A stretch of 32,566 nucleotides of DNA from Bigelowiella natans CCMP2755 (GCA_000320545.1 ADNK01001165.1:1-32566), one strand, 5' to 3'. Positions 13,927 to 26,325 are shown, counted from the first letter of the stretch. Translations and numbers: made by a program. The notes: generated from the letters alone by a model not told the origin.

Positions 13927-16900
13927 AACCCCTCTAACCTCCTCCCAGGAAAATCAATTTTACCGGGAAGGGCGACGAATGTTCGCAATTCACTGAACAA
14001 TCGAGTAATTAAAAAGCCCAAAATCAATGGAGCCCTAAATTAAAAATATGGGGACCACACATCACTAGATTTCGAGAAAGGAAAAACAACAAAACAATAG
14101 TTTGGGGGCATGAGTAGTAAACAACAAATACGAGAAGCATGGTGAGTTCTCGCTTCTCTTCACGTCGTTTTTAATGGGGACGCAGTATGGCACTATCACC
14201 TTTACAGCTGATCATCACTCTCTGCCCTCATTCAGGTGAATAACCTGTATAAAAGGTACGAGGGTATTGCGAACAAGATCATCAATACGTTGGGGAACGG
14301 CATGAAATCGACGGGGAACATCGGTTCGTAAGTAACGGAAAAAAAGACGCCAACCCCTCTCCTTCTCGGATTACTTTAATACAGAATTGCCTATTCTATT
14401 TATTGCCATTTCTTCCTGACACTTGTGTTGCGTTTTGACTGTGAAACCGAAATATGCAGGCCAGCAGCAAGTGAATACGTGCTTTCACTGTGCGGAGGTG
14501 AGCGCCGCCAACATGCACATCAAACTCTGCATACTTACCTCTTGGTTCAGTGCTAGAAGTACAATTAGTAGCTGACACACACGCACGCACGCACAAACTA
14601 GATATATTCAAATTTTGTGATAGATTCCCCGTTGTAGTGATCATCTTTCTGTTGCCGAAACAAAGGTCGGATCGACGAACACAAACCGCTTGATGACAAC
14701 TACATACATCCCCTCCTTCAAGCTTGCTCCCAACTTGGTGGATGCTGCTAGGCGACTTGTTCCGAGGTCTATTTTGACTCCTCTACTACTGATTTCCTTG
14801 CCGTTATTCTTCGTGTTTTTATAAAAAATACGTGAGCAACATTGGCCAGTTGGTATCATCTACGAATAGCGTTTTTCGCAATGCATGCTTGACTGTATTG
14901 CCTTTAACGTATTCCTTGTTGCGGTCGGTGTGTTTGCTACGGCGTGCGTTGTTCAGAGCGTATTCAGGTCTGATTACAGAGGATGGCCAAGTGCAGATCT
15001 ATTTAGCTACACTCAAGGATATGATGCGTTCTTTCCAAAACGTAAGCTTTAAATTAGAAGAAACTTCTCTCGTCTCCCCTGCCCTTTCTCTTCCCATTGC
15101 TTTGTGTAAGAAGTGGGGTGATGTCCGCTCACTCGCTCCTCCATCATCAGGCCGCTCAGAACTACGGACTTACCTACCAACCCGCCAAACTTAAGACCAC
15201 TCTCACCACGCTCGCTGACGAAAAACAGTTCCGCAAGCGAGACGGTGAAATAAATTCTTCTATACTTGTAGAATACCATACCGATTTATAAGCTCGCAGG
15301 ACATATTCATAAACGGTTCTTATGATCCCGTCCTCCACCCCCTTCTTCTCCCCTTTGTCCCCCGCCTGCCAATAGCGAACAACAATGCGGACCAGGGACA
15401 GTATGCGGCAACACGGGCAAAGATTGCACACCTGACATCTCTGAACTGCCCTCAGCAATGCCTCAGCTGCGATTCAGTGAGATCTAGTCTTCTAAAGTAT
15501 CCTCTAATGCGTTCAAGTACGGGTACATGCACCGGCGTATGTTCTGGTGGACAATGCGTCGCCTCAGGCTCAGGGACCGACTGCACTGAGGTCGGGGAGT
15601 TCATATTATATTCTTTTCTTGGCCCAGATTAGCTGTCACAATCATTACGTGTGCATGCCCTAGTATCTATTGATATGGAGACGATGGCACCAATGTAGAT
15701 CGGTAGAGTCGTTGTGGTGGTGGAGACTTGTATCCGAATATATGATCAATGCGTGAATACTTTATGCGCTTGACTGATGTTTCTGCATGTTGTGTGTTCC
15801 GGTGCGTTTGTGTGTGCAAACCTACATTATTCCAGTGTGCTAAGCTTTACAGCAATGGACCAGTAAGCATCGAAACCACGCCTATATCAGAGATCATTGC
15901 TGGTGGAGGCAGTCTCCCTTCTACAGGATCAACCCCAGTGCGAGATATGACGCCAGGGGAGATGCATGGAACAGGGTAAGAGCGAGCTTCACTGCTGAGT
16001 TTAATGGACTTGAATGTTTAATTGTGAACGAGCGTAACATAGCATCAGTTCGTTCACGCACAAACAAAAACATCCACACATCAGATAATATTTAGCTTAC
16101 TCTGTCTTTGCTTTGATAGGAGCGCCCAGACCGACGGCGATGTCGACGTTGTGAGCAGTTTGTTACCTAAAACTTAATCCTCCCACCCCTGCTCTCGAGC
16201 TCCTTCCCCTACATGGATGTTTTAAAATAAGAATCGTTCATGTTCAATGGCACCCGAAAACATCGATGAGATCTTTGCGGCAGTGTCGACATCGAATTCA
16301 TTGTTGTTTTTGGCTGTCAACGCTGAAAAGTAGTTAGAATTCATATTTAGCGGACTCCCAAAACTCCTTTTGTCCTCTATATACGGTCCTTCCTCAATTT
16401 CTTCCCTGTTCTTGATTGTTTCCTCAGATGGAAATCCGGATGGCGCCTCACCTGCTGATCCTGCCACAACAAACCCCATCCTGGTCAACCCCGACAACAC
16501 GATTGCAAGGGAGGGAACAGGAGGAGGGACCGGAGGAGGGGGGGAAGGCAGTAGTGGTAGCGGTGGAGGAAGTAGCAGTGGTGGAGGAAGTAGCAGTGGT
16601 GGAGGAAGTAGCAGTGGTGGAGGAAGCGGTGGAGACCGTAGTTCAACTAGCGCTAGCAGCGCCAGCAGCTCAGAGATGGGAGGAGGTGCGATAGCGGCGA
16701 CTGTGATCTTCACGCTTCTGGGAGCGGCCGGTCTTGTCTTTGCCGCTGTTTACTTCTATCGTAAGCACAAGCCTCAACGTCGTCGCTACAGTGCGGAGCT
16801 TCACACCGTGTCTCAAATAGGTGAGTAAGATTGTGTGGTGTCGTGATGATATGATGGTGGCTGTTTTTCTTCGGTGAGATTAATGCTGCGCTGCTGTTTT

Positions 16901-17279
16901 GGAGGGAGCTGGATAAGTTTTGCTGGCTCATCATTTATGCAGCTCTGACTCGATTCCCCTATTTACATTCTGTGTGAACCTATGTATAGGGCACCGCCCC
17001 AACCGAGGAGAGACGCTTGACATGGAGAGTGGTTGGGAGCCTCACCAGGATGAAAGCGGCCGCGTGTACTATTACAACCGGGAGACGGGCGAATCGAAAT
17101 GGAAAGATGATGGAGTTTCTGGCGGAAGCTCTCTAGCCATAGATACCAAGTCGGTAGGTGCACACGATGTGGTATCTCAAAACTCTGAACCGCCGAGCCC
17201 GACCAACCGCTCAAGGACGCCAAGCCCTGCTCGATCGCCAAGAAATCAGGGGAATACGGAAAACCCTATCACTGCATGA
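12185..17279 (+). CDS. Uncharacterised type I membrane protein: signal peptide, large ectodomain, Cys-rich segment, Gly/Ser linker, one TM helix, cytoplasmic WW domain. Exons: 12185-12652, 12792-13028, 13245-13400, 13528-13587, 13705-13750, 13949-14004, 14236-14323, 14460-14497, 14666-14766, 14957-15041, 15151-15244, 15376-15590, 15836-15975, 16120-~16157 (donor uncertain), 16428-16820, 16990-17279
   Basis: Signal peptide MMLLALLSLLLQCDA; GT-AG splicing in phase; CPQQCLSC...CTGVCSGGQC...CTECA; (GGSSSG)n linker; TM AIAATVIFTLLGAAGLVFAAVYFY followed by RKHK; WW domain GWEPHQDESGRVYYYNRETGESKW; TGA at 17277-17279. Confidence 0.85.
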
Positions 17280-17559
17280 TAACGCAGCTAAAGAGCAAGC
17301 TACATTGAAATACATTGAAACTAAAACCTGAGAATCTCCATAGCAATGCAACGAAGTCTTGATTAGCTATATAGCATTGCAGCGGCAACGTTCACCGCTT
17401 CATTATTGAGTTTTAGCAAGCGCATACGTGACATAGTTACATTGTTGCTCGCATGCATGGCCGGTGTGACGACTAATTATAATGAACCGTATCGTAAGTC
17501 GTGATGCTAGCTGTGATACCGCGCAGTCTCGTGCTGCAGTTTCGTAGTATATACATTTA

Positions 17560-18130
17560 GACATCACGCACATAGTCAACGCTTTTTAGTCTTTGCGTCA
17601 CAATAAATGCTCGTGCAATGCTCAGTCAAAGCAATGCACGCGTGCTCGCCGCAATGATGATGCTGAGGTGCCGTCGCAAACAAGAAATAAATGTCACACA
17701 ACCCTACGTGCAAATCTACACATGTGTGTGGCATAGAAAACAGCCATCCCGTTGTCCTCTCCTGTTGTTTCGTCAAGTAGGGCCATAGCCTGGTATGTGT
17801 CTGTCTAGCTGTGTGCATTTGTGTCAATGTTATCCTTCAGAGCATGATGTGGAATGTTCATGCATTAGCGCGGCGCTATGTAGAAAATTACGTGCCTGCA
17901 AACCTAACCGCGGGTTACTTACACACTGTGGATGTGCCTATCTTGCTACTTCCAACCCCGCACGTACACAGCACCCGACCCTCGCGAGATGGACCTCGAA
18001 GATGGGCTGTCTATATCAGAATCCTTGCACACCGATGCAATGAAATTGGGTCTGCTGTTTAAGTAATAAGCACTATGACAACCCTAACAAACTCGGAGGC
18101 AGGGTGAAGCCTCGCTGCATGCAGCGCTGT
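17560..18130. other. TpA-depleted, CA/TG-rich tract B1
   Basis: Runs such as GCAATGCACGCGTGC and CACATGTGTGTG; many of the remaining TpA are CTA/TAG. Weaker than tract A; boundaries approximate. Confidence 0.6.
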
Positions 18131-18470
18131 GTGGACATTGTTGGGGGCTGGCTAAGTTTGCTTGAATTTCGATGATTCTTCCTTCTCAATTCCGAGCCCC
18201 CGAGAGACAAGCTGTTACCCGTTACTACCAGCTGAAAATCACAACTTGCACGAATCGACTTGGTGATGATGATGATCGATTTTCGAATCTAAAAAAACTG
18301 TCTCGGGCCGGTTATTACCCGCTGTAAATATTGACAAGAATATTGACTTGGGTTCTTGAAACTGTTGGAAAAGATTCGGAAGCCAATCCCCCCCCAACAT
18401 GCAGCTGTACATTCAAAAGGCGTGTGCTGCTGTGCATTCAAAGTGCGTGTGTTGAAAAACCCTAGTTGTC

Positions 18471-19490
18471 ATGAAAGGCGGGGACAGAGGTGATCCAGGC
18501 GAGAATTCTGCGGAACCTGGCAAGCGCAGCAGTATCGAGCCAGCAACAGACGAGAAAGCAATGAAGAAAGGGGTTGGCGGGGGAGAAGGGAAAACCTCAG
18601 AGGTAACATTGGAACCCGCCTTGTCCACATTGCTGGCCAAAAATGCCCTACTAAGGAAGTACGGCTCTATCTTAGCAAAGCTCAAAACCTCATCGTTGGG
18701 CCTTGAACTGATCAACAAAGATACTCTGTTGTCCCTCTGTAAGCAGGCAGGGATGCATAAACGGGGCCACCAGATGCGCATGCGACGGGTGTGGGAAGCC
18801 TGTAAGACAACTACTTCGATCACTGGCCAAATTCATGCGCGCGCAGCCAGGTTATCCGCGTCTAAGTTGACCGTCGATGATGTGGAAATCATGGAAATCC
18901 ACGTGTTCCGTTGGGAGGAAAAGACCAAGGCCGTGGATCTGCTTGCATCTGACGCCGCCAGGGAGCTACCGCAGAGTGATTTGGAGTCCATCTCAGCTGC
19001 CTTGGCCAGAATGAAAACTTGCAACAACAAGCAAAAGAGCCGATGTGAAACCAATGCTCTGCGCGACGAGCAAGATGGGATTTACAACACAAACTACTTC
19101 CCACAGGGCATCAAGTTCCGCACAGAAAAGTAGACCACCCACCCTACCCCAACCCAAACATTCCATCAATGAATCATGATTGCGATAATACACAGGTATA
19201 TGTATTCGAAGTGGTTTTCCGACGAGCACATGAACATCCTGGCGTTGGGGAAGCTGCCTTCTGTAAGGGATACTGAGAGCTGCTGGCCGGAACTAATGCT
19301 CGGGTGCACGTCAGAGCTGAATCTGGGTCTGGTGGTGCAGTATAGACACCGTGGGACAATGATAGATGAATGGTCACATGGACCACATTCGCGAAACCAT
19401 CATAAACTTGGTGAGCAGGTGTTCGGTACGCTTCGTGCCATGGCATGGAGTGAAAAAATGCAGACATCGGCGGCTGCCACAGCCACATGA
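18471..19490 (+). CDS. Two-exon hypothetical protein (~318 aa) with a SAM-like helical domain; possibly a decaying gene. Exons 18471-19129, 19196-19490
   Basis: The 220-aa ORF joins the 19176-19490 ORF in phase through a GT-AG intron at 19130-19195 (AA|G = Lys). LLRKYGSILAKL...LINKDTLLSLCKQAGMHKRGHQMRMRRVW resembles the SAM consensus L.KY...F...L..L....L...GI...GHR.KI. It lies between TpA-depleted tracts. Confidence 0.55.
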
Positions 19491-19499
19491 CGCCGAACT

Positions 19500-20260
19500 G
19501 TACATTTTACGGCTCAATGAAATGACAATTGTGGTCCAATCTGTAATGGCGCAATTGATGCATCATGTAGCACGAGAACATCGCTGGCGGTGCACTCAGC
19601 CACTGCATCGTTTCCTTTGCAACGCTAACTAGCTATACGGTGCGTCCAGACGTGTAGCTTGCAAGCGTAGCAAAGAGCAAACAGTCGTTGTGTGTGACAT
19701 GGGTGTGCTGTTCGGCGCGAAATTATTGAGTGCACATGCACGTGCACATGTGCAGGGCCAAAACACACGAGCCCTGGTAGCCTGGAGCCACACGATGCTA
19801 CTTGTGCGCGCTAGATTGGATGTTGGTCAGATGTAAACCCTGGCCGATATGGCAATGGAATGTGTGGACTCATAAGTCCCTACACGTGCATGCTGTCCTA
19901 GTGTCCGCTGTGACATCCGCATCGACCACTTCGCACATGTGCCTCTTGCAGCACCGTCGTGTTGTGTCGTGACTTGTTATTTGGTGCATGTGTGGATGTG
20001 AAAGGAGCAAATGTGCCTTTTTTTGTGCACATGAAGAATGGGTACATGTGTTTACATGCGCGTACACGTATGTGGACTTGTAAGTCCCTGTAGGAAAGCG
20101 CATCGCCGATGCTAACCAACATCATCTAACATGAATGTTCAATGCAGGGCAGGTGACACTGCTGGTACAACTACTATCATGCACGACTAGTCACGTGTAT
20201 GCATATGTGCGGACAGACATATAGCCATCATGTCAAAAACATTCACAGAAGGCTAAACAT
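19500..20260. other. TpA-depleted, CA/TG-rich tract B2, containing two diverged copies of a palindromic motif
   Basis: TGCACATGCACGTGCACATGTGCA-type runs; repeat pair at 19861-19884 and 20069-20092. Confidence 0.75.
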
Positions 20261-20497
20261 AACTTAAAATATGATATAGTCAGTGTCATTACGCACATGA
20301 GCGATTTGCAGAATTCTCGTTGATACAGCATGCCGCCAGCGATAGAGTTTGTACTAATTTCTAGGGAATTCTCGGAGCATTCGTTTGACTCTAAATGGGG
20401 TCTCCAGCTTGCTCGGCTCTGATGTGTCCACTGTCCGTACTGTAGTCGGTTGTTCGTTAAATAATATCCAAACATTCACGTAGCGGTGCCGGAGCAT

Positions 20498-20726
20498 CTA
20501 TGGAATCCAGATATCCGAATTTGGGTCCCAATCTTGGCTGCCCGAGATCGTCGAAGCTTCCTCTAGCAGCTTGTTGGGGTCTTCGTTATAGTCGTAAGCG
20601 GCCCCCTTCGGGTAGATCGACAAGCCATTTGGGAACTTGAGGTAGTTCCAACCCTTCTCTCCCAGTTCAGGTGAACCGATCATCTTGGCTGCGGTTGTCA
20701 CCGGAATGCCACCAAGGATTGCAAAG

Positions 20727-20769
<43 letters not shown>

Positions 20770-21288
20770 GGTTACACCATATCATGTTAGTTCGTGTTAA
20801 CACAACTCTCTGTTTACTTCTAGGGATATGCGTGCACGCGAAAGCACACGTCGGGACGACCGGATCAGTGCACACACTCACACACGCCCACACAAATAGA
20901 AAAAGATTGAAAGAAAGCTATTCAAACTGCTAGCACTAATTCGGATTGGCATGAATGCATCGTGATCGCAAGCATTGCTACGCACCTTAAAGCTTTTGCG
21001 ATGTCTGCCTTGTCGCCCTTATCTACATCCTCCTCGCCGATAGAGAATCGTACGGGCATGTACTCGAAGTTAGCATCGATCATCTCCAATGTTGAGGGCA
21101 GGGCCGCGCTATTAGGATCTGCTTTTAACTTGTCAGCGAATTCTTGAGCAGCATCAGTGAACTTCAACTGGGCAGTGCCTCCGAGGTTTTGGCAGTACAC
21201 GTTGGTGTCTAGGTAGGTAGCAGCGGGAGTAGTAGATTTACAGAGAGAGTGTTACAGGGAGGAAAAAATAGAAAAATTTGATTATATA

Positions 21289-21329
<41 letters not shown>

Positions 21330-21859
21330 AAGCAGACCGAAAGGCCTTGGGCCAAGCGAAAAGCAGGAGGTATGTATTGTAGGTGAAGGAAAATGCGTCA
21401 ACTCATCTCAACTCTCGGATGGTGCTTTAGAAATGGTGAGATTCATCGTAGTGGCGTAATTATTAGTGCTAGGAGATAAAATTTAGCAAGAAATCAACTT
21501 TGTACCATAGGTAAGATCCTCATCCACAATAAACCTGATTACGTGTGTAAATCAGCTTCCGTCCTAGTTTTATTGCCCTGTCTCTCTTCTCCCCCCTTCG
21601 ATTACGAAATGTTAAATCACCCTGCTTTATCCCGTCTGAGTTGAGTAACCCAGATAGGCCTTCTTGCCTGGTGAGGAGAGTAGAGTCCTCCCCTTGTAGC
21701 AGCTGTGACTCTACCAGATACCGGTAACGCAACAGGGTTCTGCAACGAGTGGCGGATGATGCCGCATAGAACCATTCCAGCACTAGCAAATAGCACCAAG
21801 CTAATAATAGCACAGTGGCTGTTGTTACGACGAAGGAGGGGGGCTCGAGACAACAGCAT
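20498..21859 (-). CDS. HopJ-like family protein with a bipartite (signal plus transit peptide) presequence, probably plastid-targeted. Exons 21859-21621, 21534-21506, 21208-20986, 20726-20498
   Basis: N-terminus MLLSRAPLLRRNNSHCAIISLVLFASAGMVLCGII followed by an R/S/A-rich stretch with no acidic residues. The core EFADKLKADPNSAALPSTLEMIDANFEYMPVRFSIG...KALSFAILGG...GWNYLKFPNGLSIYPK resembles the HopJ pattern (F..KL...P....F..T...ID..Y.F.P..F.NG...K.F.FA.L...GW..I.F). Family call made by eye. Confidence 0.75.
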
Positions 21860-22268
21860 GACGATGAAGTTGTTGCTACGCAGGTATGGTATGCAGAGTG
21901 GGAGGAGAGCAGAGGCGGGGGGAAGGAGGTGGAAAAGACACTGGCCGACATCGTGAAAACCTTGTCGCACCCTTGAAAATCCCCATTATCATCCCTTCTA
22001 AAAATGAAAAAGATGAGAAGCGGTTCTGGTCGAGGTTCCTAATGCAAATACTCTATATTCTCTATCGAGCGACAATAGTGATCAGTTGTCGTAGGGTAAA
22101 ATCGCCGATCTTAGAATCACCTCTGATCTACTGCAAAAGAGCAGTCAAACCTATCAATTGTCAGCACCAAGATTCTCAGTTGCCTCCCCCGGTGACACCA
22201 ACACATTTCCTCAAAACCCACTTACTGACCTCATCGACACCTCTATTGACAACAGATACGTGCTACGA
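21860..22268. promoter_or_regulatory. Short (~410 bp) divergent intergenic region shared by the HopJ-like gene and the hydrolase
   Basis: Head-to-head ATGs at 21859 (-) and 22269 (+). No specific motif recognised. Confidence 0.5.
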
Positions 22269-23952
22269 ATGACAAATTTGAGGCATATCGGTGTTGTGAG
22301 TATGGTAGCGGCCATTGCTTACCTCTGGTCGCCAAAGGACCGCATATACCGTGTCCAAGAGGCCTTCCGCGACACAGCTCCTGGAGAGTTCATTGAAATC
22401 AACGGAGTGCGTACCCATTACACGGTACCCTTCGATGGAGAATTATGATATAATTGTGTGCGGCGTCGTCGTCGTCGCCGCCACCGTCGTCGTTATACTG
22501 TCACTCACTCATCATTCTTCTTGATGACGATATAAGATCCAGGGTTCTGGTGAGCTCATTGTCATGATTCACGGACTTGGTTCTGGATGGTCCCAAGGTT
22601 GAACCCCCTTCCTCCTCCTTTCTACCCCCCTCCTCCCTCCCTCCCTCCCTCCCTCCCTCCTCATATTCCCGTACCGTATTTTGTGGGGTATACATTTAAG
22701 TATTTGGGTAGAAACACAGCACAGTTGCTACCACTCGCGCAGTTGTGATCGACATATTCTTCGACAAGGATAGTACACACTATGAGCATATTATGATTGT
22801 AAGTACTCATCCATATGAAGTATTGAAATGAAGTCCTGCTACTTTCTTCGTCGTCTTTCTCTCACTTATTTCAGCATTTGGAGATATGATTCCTCATCTT
22901 ACAAAGACAAACACGGTATAACACTGTTGTTGCCCTAGCTTTTGCAATCATCTACACGCCATCTTTCACCTGGTTTACCCTACTATCACTGGGTTCTTCT
23001 AGTTATTGTGATGAAGACGAGGACGATGACAACGATGATGATTAGTGAAGATGATGGATGATGATGATGATGGTGATGATGTTGATACTGAATGAAATTT
23101 CTGATGAACTATAGGTTCTCGCATTCGACCTCTATGGAGTTGGGTAAATGATAAACTTTTAATGGATAGATGATAATGACAATGCTGATGATGCTGAAAA
23201 TGACGACGACCCTCAGATTCCCACCTCATCCATATGATCGTAACATGGAGAGCTTGTTACTGTTCTTGCACATACATACCCATCGCGATCGAACTGTGAG
23301 AACTGCGCCGCTACATTTTTTTTTTTGAAGTTGCCTTCCCGCAGTGATGTGTATGAGCTCATTTGTTCATTGATTCCGGTAGCTTTAGCGACGGTACCTC
23401 GGAGAACATGGACATGGAAAGGATAGTTTCTCATGTAATTCTCGCCTATGCCGGTGTCGCTGCTGTCAACTAATTCTTCAATTTCCTTCTGTTTTGATTA
23501 CATTCATGTTTTCCAACTTGCAGTTGGCACAGCTACTGCTCAAGCTGTCCGTAAGAACCAAGGGCCTGACAGTCAGGTGAGTACTAAATGCCATCACAGT
23601 GTTAGTCGGAGCTTTCCCAATGCAGAGGACAACATCCTTCCTCTTTCATCGTCGACATTCTTCATAATAGATCTTGCAAAACACGAGACCATATGCGGCA
23701 ATAATGTGTCTTTCCATAGCCTTCATCATCAGTATCTCATCATCATCATCATCATCACCATTATCATCATTCATCATCCACCATCATTATCATCTCCTCG
23801 TCGTGCGCCATTCCCTCACTGCTTCCCTGTTTTGACTTCAGGCCTTTCACCCTGGTTGGCTATTCTATGGGAGGGGCTGCAGCAACGGGTACGCGAGCAG
23901 CGCTTCGAGCATGATGACTTTGAGTTATATCTAATGATGTTTAGGCTGGCTA

Positions 23953-23989
<37 letters not shown>

Positions 23990-24214
23990 TCTTCAGGCTT
24001 TGCTCTTGAATTTGACAGCTTGATCAAAAACCTGATCCTGATGGCTCCTGCAGGTTGCCTGTGATGGATGCCGTCATAGCGATAACAGCAGCAGCAGCAG
24101 CAACAACAATTATGATGAGTGATAATGCTGTAACTTCGATGATGAGCAAGCAACTCCTTCCTACAAAGTCGACTATCGATGTATTGGATGTCGCCACACT
24201 AGCGACGACGGTGT

Positions 24215-24246
<32 letters not shown>

Positions 24247-24959
24247 GCGGGTGAATGAACTACTCCTCATTCTTCTCGTTGTTCGGATCAACGATTAGGC
24301 GTAAAGGTACCTATCCCAGTGGAAGGGGAGCTAATCAAGGTAATGCGTACAGCCCATCAGCTTCATTCGCTTTGTATCATGCTAGTCTGCATCTATTTTC
24401 TTGCTTTCCCACCCCCGTTTGTTTCGAATGCGCAACATTCCCGCGACTTTCATCGGTCACCACCGTTGTCATCTCCATCGTCGTTGCACATGTTGGTTGA
24501 TTGATAAGCACCCTCTACTTCTTCTTTCCAGGAGCATCATTAGTGTTTATGATACCGTGAGGGTGAGATGGTGTGTTCTCCAATCAATGTCAGATTCCGA
24601 TTATTGGCGATCTTCTATTCCAAGCCATGGCTCCTTTCATCATCAAAAACCAGGTACACAACACCGATCTTTCTGTGGTTCAAAGCCGCTCTGATTGTAG
24701 GAGGTGTAAACAACAACTACAACTACTACTACTACCACTCACTGCTGCTTGCACGAATGCGCATCATGTAATCTTAACCACCACCATCACTGGCAATGCT
24801 CGCTGGATCTTGATATCATCGACTAGCATGCTCTTAATACCTCTTCGTTATATCTGCATCCACATTTAAACCTAAATTTGTTTCTAATCTCACCCGATAT
24901 TATCAGCTGCCGCGAGGACATATTAAGGGCGATGACTTCGGTACGGTTAACGCCTCCCC

Positions 24960-24994
<35 letters not shown>

Positions 24995-25422
24995 CCTCTC
25001 TCTCTCTCTCATACACATACACACGCGCGCGCGCGCGTGCGTGCATACAATGGCAATGGTGATGACGATGGTACAAAATACTGCGGGGATTGAGGCTCGG
25101 GGGTCTACCGACCAGCAGCAACAACTTCTCTCTTTGATGATGCAGACGAAACTGTCAAAGCGCATCGGCATTCTAACATAACTGCACGGACAAAACATCA
25201 TCCTGGATATGTCCGAAGCTTACTCTCATCGGTTAGTAGGGCTGCATCATTATTATAGCCAATTACAGAGAGAAGTCCGTCATCATCATCATCAACAACA
25301 ACAACAGCAATAACAACACAGCTATCATGATTATACGCATCATTACACAGCTGCGCCACTTCCCTCTCTCCGATTTTGAGGAGGGTCTGCGGCAGCTACA
25401 GGACAAATCGTTTCCTGCAATG

Positions 25423-25453
<31 letters not shown>

Positions 25454-26015
25454 AAGAAGAAGAAGAAGTAGTAGTAGCAGTAGTAGTATAAATAGTATAA
25501 ATAGCCGTAGTATAAGTAGTAGTAGTAGAAGAAGTAGTAGCGGTGTTGTGTGTGCAGGGCCTAGCTACGATGGAATGGAAGTCTGAACCCTCTCCTCGTC
25601 GCATTGTTGTTGTTCTTGCTCTTACCCGCTGCTTTCTTCTTTTGCTGCGCTCCTATCTTCCTCTCCCTCCTTGTCCGTACTACCATCATACATATCTACC
25701 GATATGAACGTTAATGACGATGATGCCTAGCGGTGGTGATTGATGGTGATAATGATGATGACGATGGTGATGATGATAGTCCATCATCTTCCCACCGTTA
25801 TCATCATCACCATCGTCATCATCATTATCACCATCAATCTCCACTGCTCGTTAATGTTCAAATCGTCCTCATGTTAGGTGATATGGGGCGATCATGACCT
25901 GGTATGTCCTTACGAGAGCGGAAGTAAGCGGATCTTGGAGCTTGTTCCTAGGATAAAGCTACACACGGTATAAAAGGAGTTAGTGGCTGAAAGCTATGTG
26001 TTACAAATAATGTGT

Positions 26016-26050
<35 letters not shown>

Positions 26051-26325
26051 TGTGTTAGATAGACCGACCGACACCCAAACTTCCTTTGCATAGCTGCTTT
26101 GACTGTTTCTTCCGTTTTTATTGTTACATATATGCGCTCACATGACATATATGCTGTGCGCTGAGGTTTCTACTGCGATGCAAATACAACAAACGACAAC
26201 AACTACTACTACTACGACTACTACGGTCATCACAGGTAAAGGACTCTGGTCACGATGATCTATCTGAAAGCCTTGCGCCTGACGTTTCAAAGACCATAGC
26301 CGATTTTGCCAATAATGGTGGATGA
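22269..26325 (+). CDS. Alpha/beta-fold serine hydrolase with an N-terminal hydrophobic anchor, complete, 15 exons: 22269-22424, 22537-22597, 22875-22915, 23115-23143, 23383-23434, 23524-23576, 23842-23888, 23997-24053, 24299-24339, 24594-24653, 24907-24940, 25146-25231, 25351-25422, 25878-25967, 26236-26325
   Basis: INGVRTHY, IVMIHGLG (oxyanion loop), VLAFDLYGVGFSD, nucleophile elbow LVGYSMGG, LILMAPAG, VIWGDHDLVCP (Asp), DSGHD (His). All splices in phase; TGA at 26323-26325. Confidence 0.92.
25730..25847. repeat. Long inverted repeat (49-bp arms, 20-nt loop) in hydrolase intron 13
   Basis: 25730-25778 is the reverse complement of 25799-25847 with 2 mismatches (one is a G-U pair in RNA); the inner 41 bp are perfect. 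Confidence 0.9.

Noticed and set aside
16222-16713. Proline-rich 163-aa minus-strand ORF
   Set aside because: It is antisense to the Gly/Ser linker and TM exon of the membrane protein.
20498-21859. Bacterial contamination or a type III secretion locus, suggested by the HopJ similarity
   Set aside because: The gene has spliceosomal introns, a eukaryotic presequence and eukaryotic neighbours.
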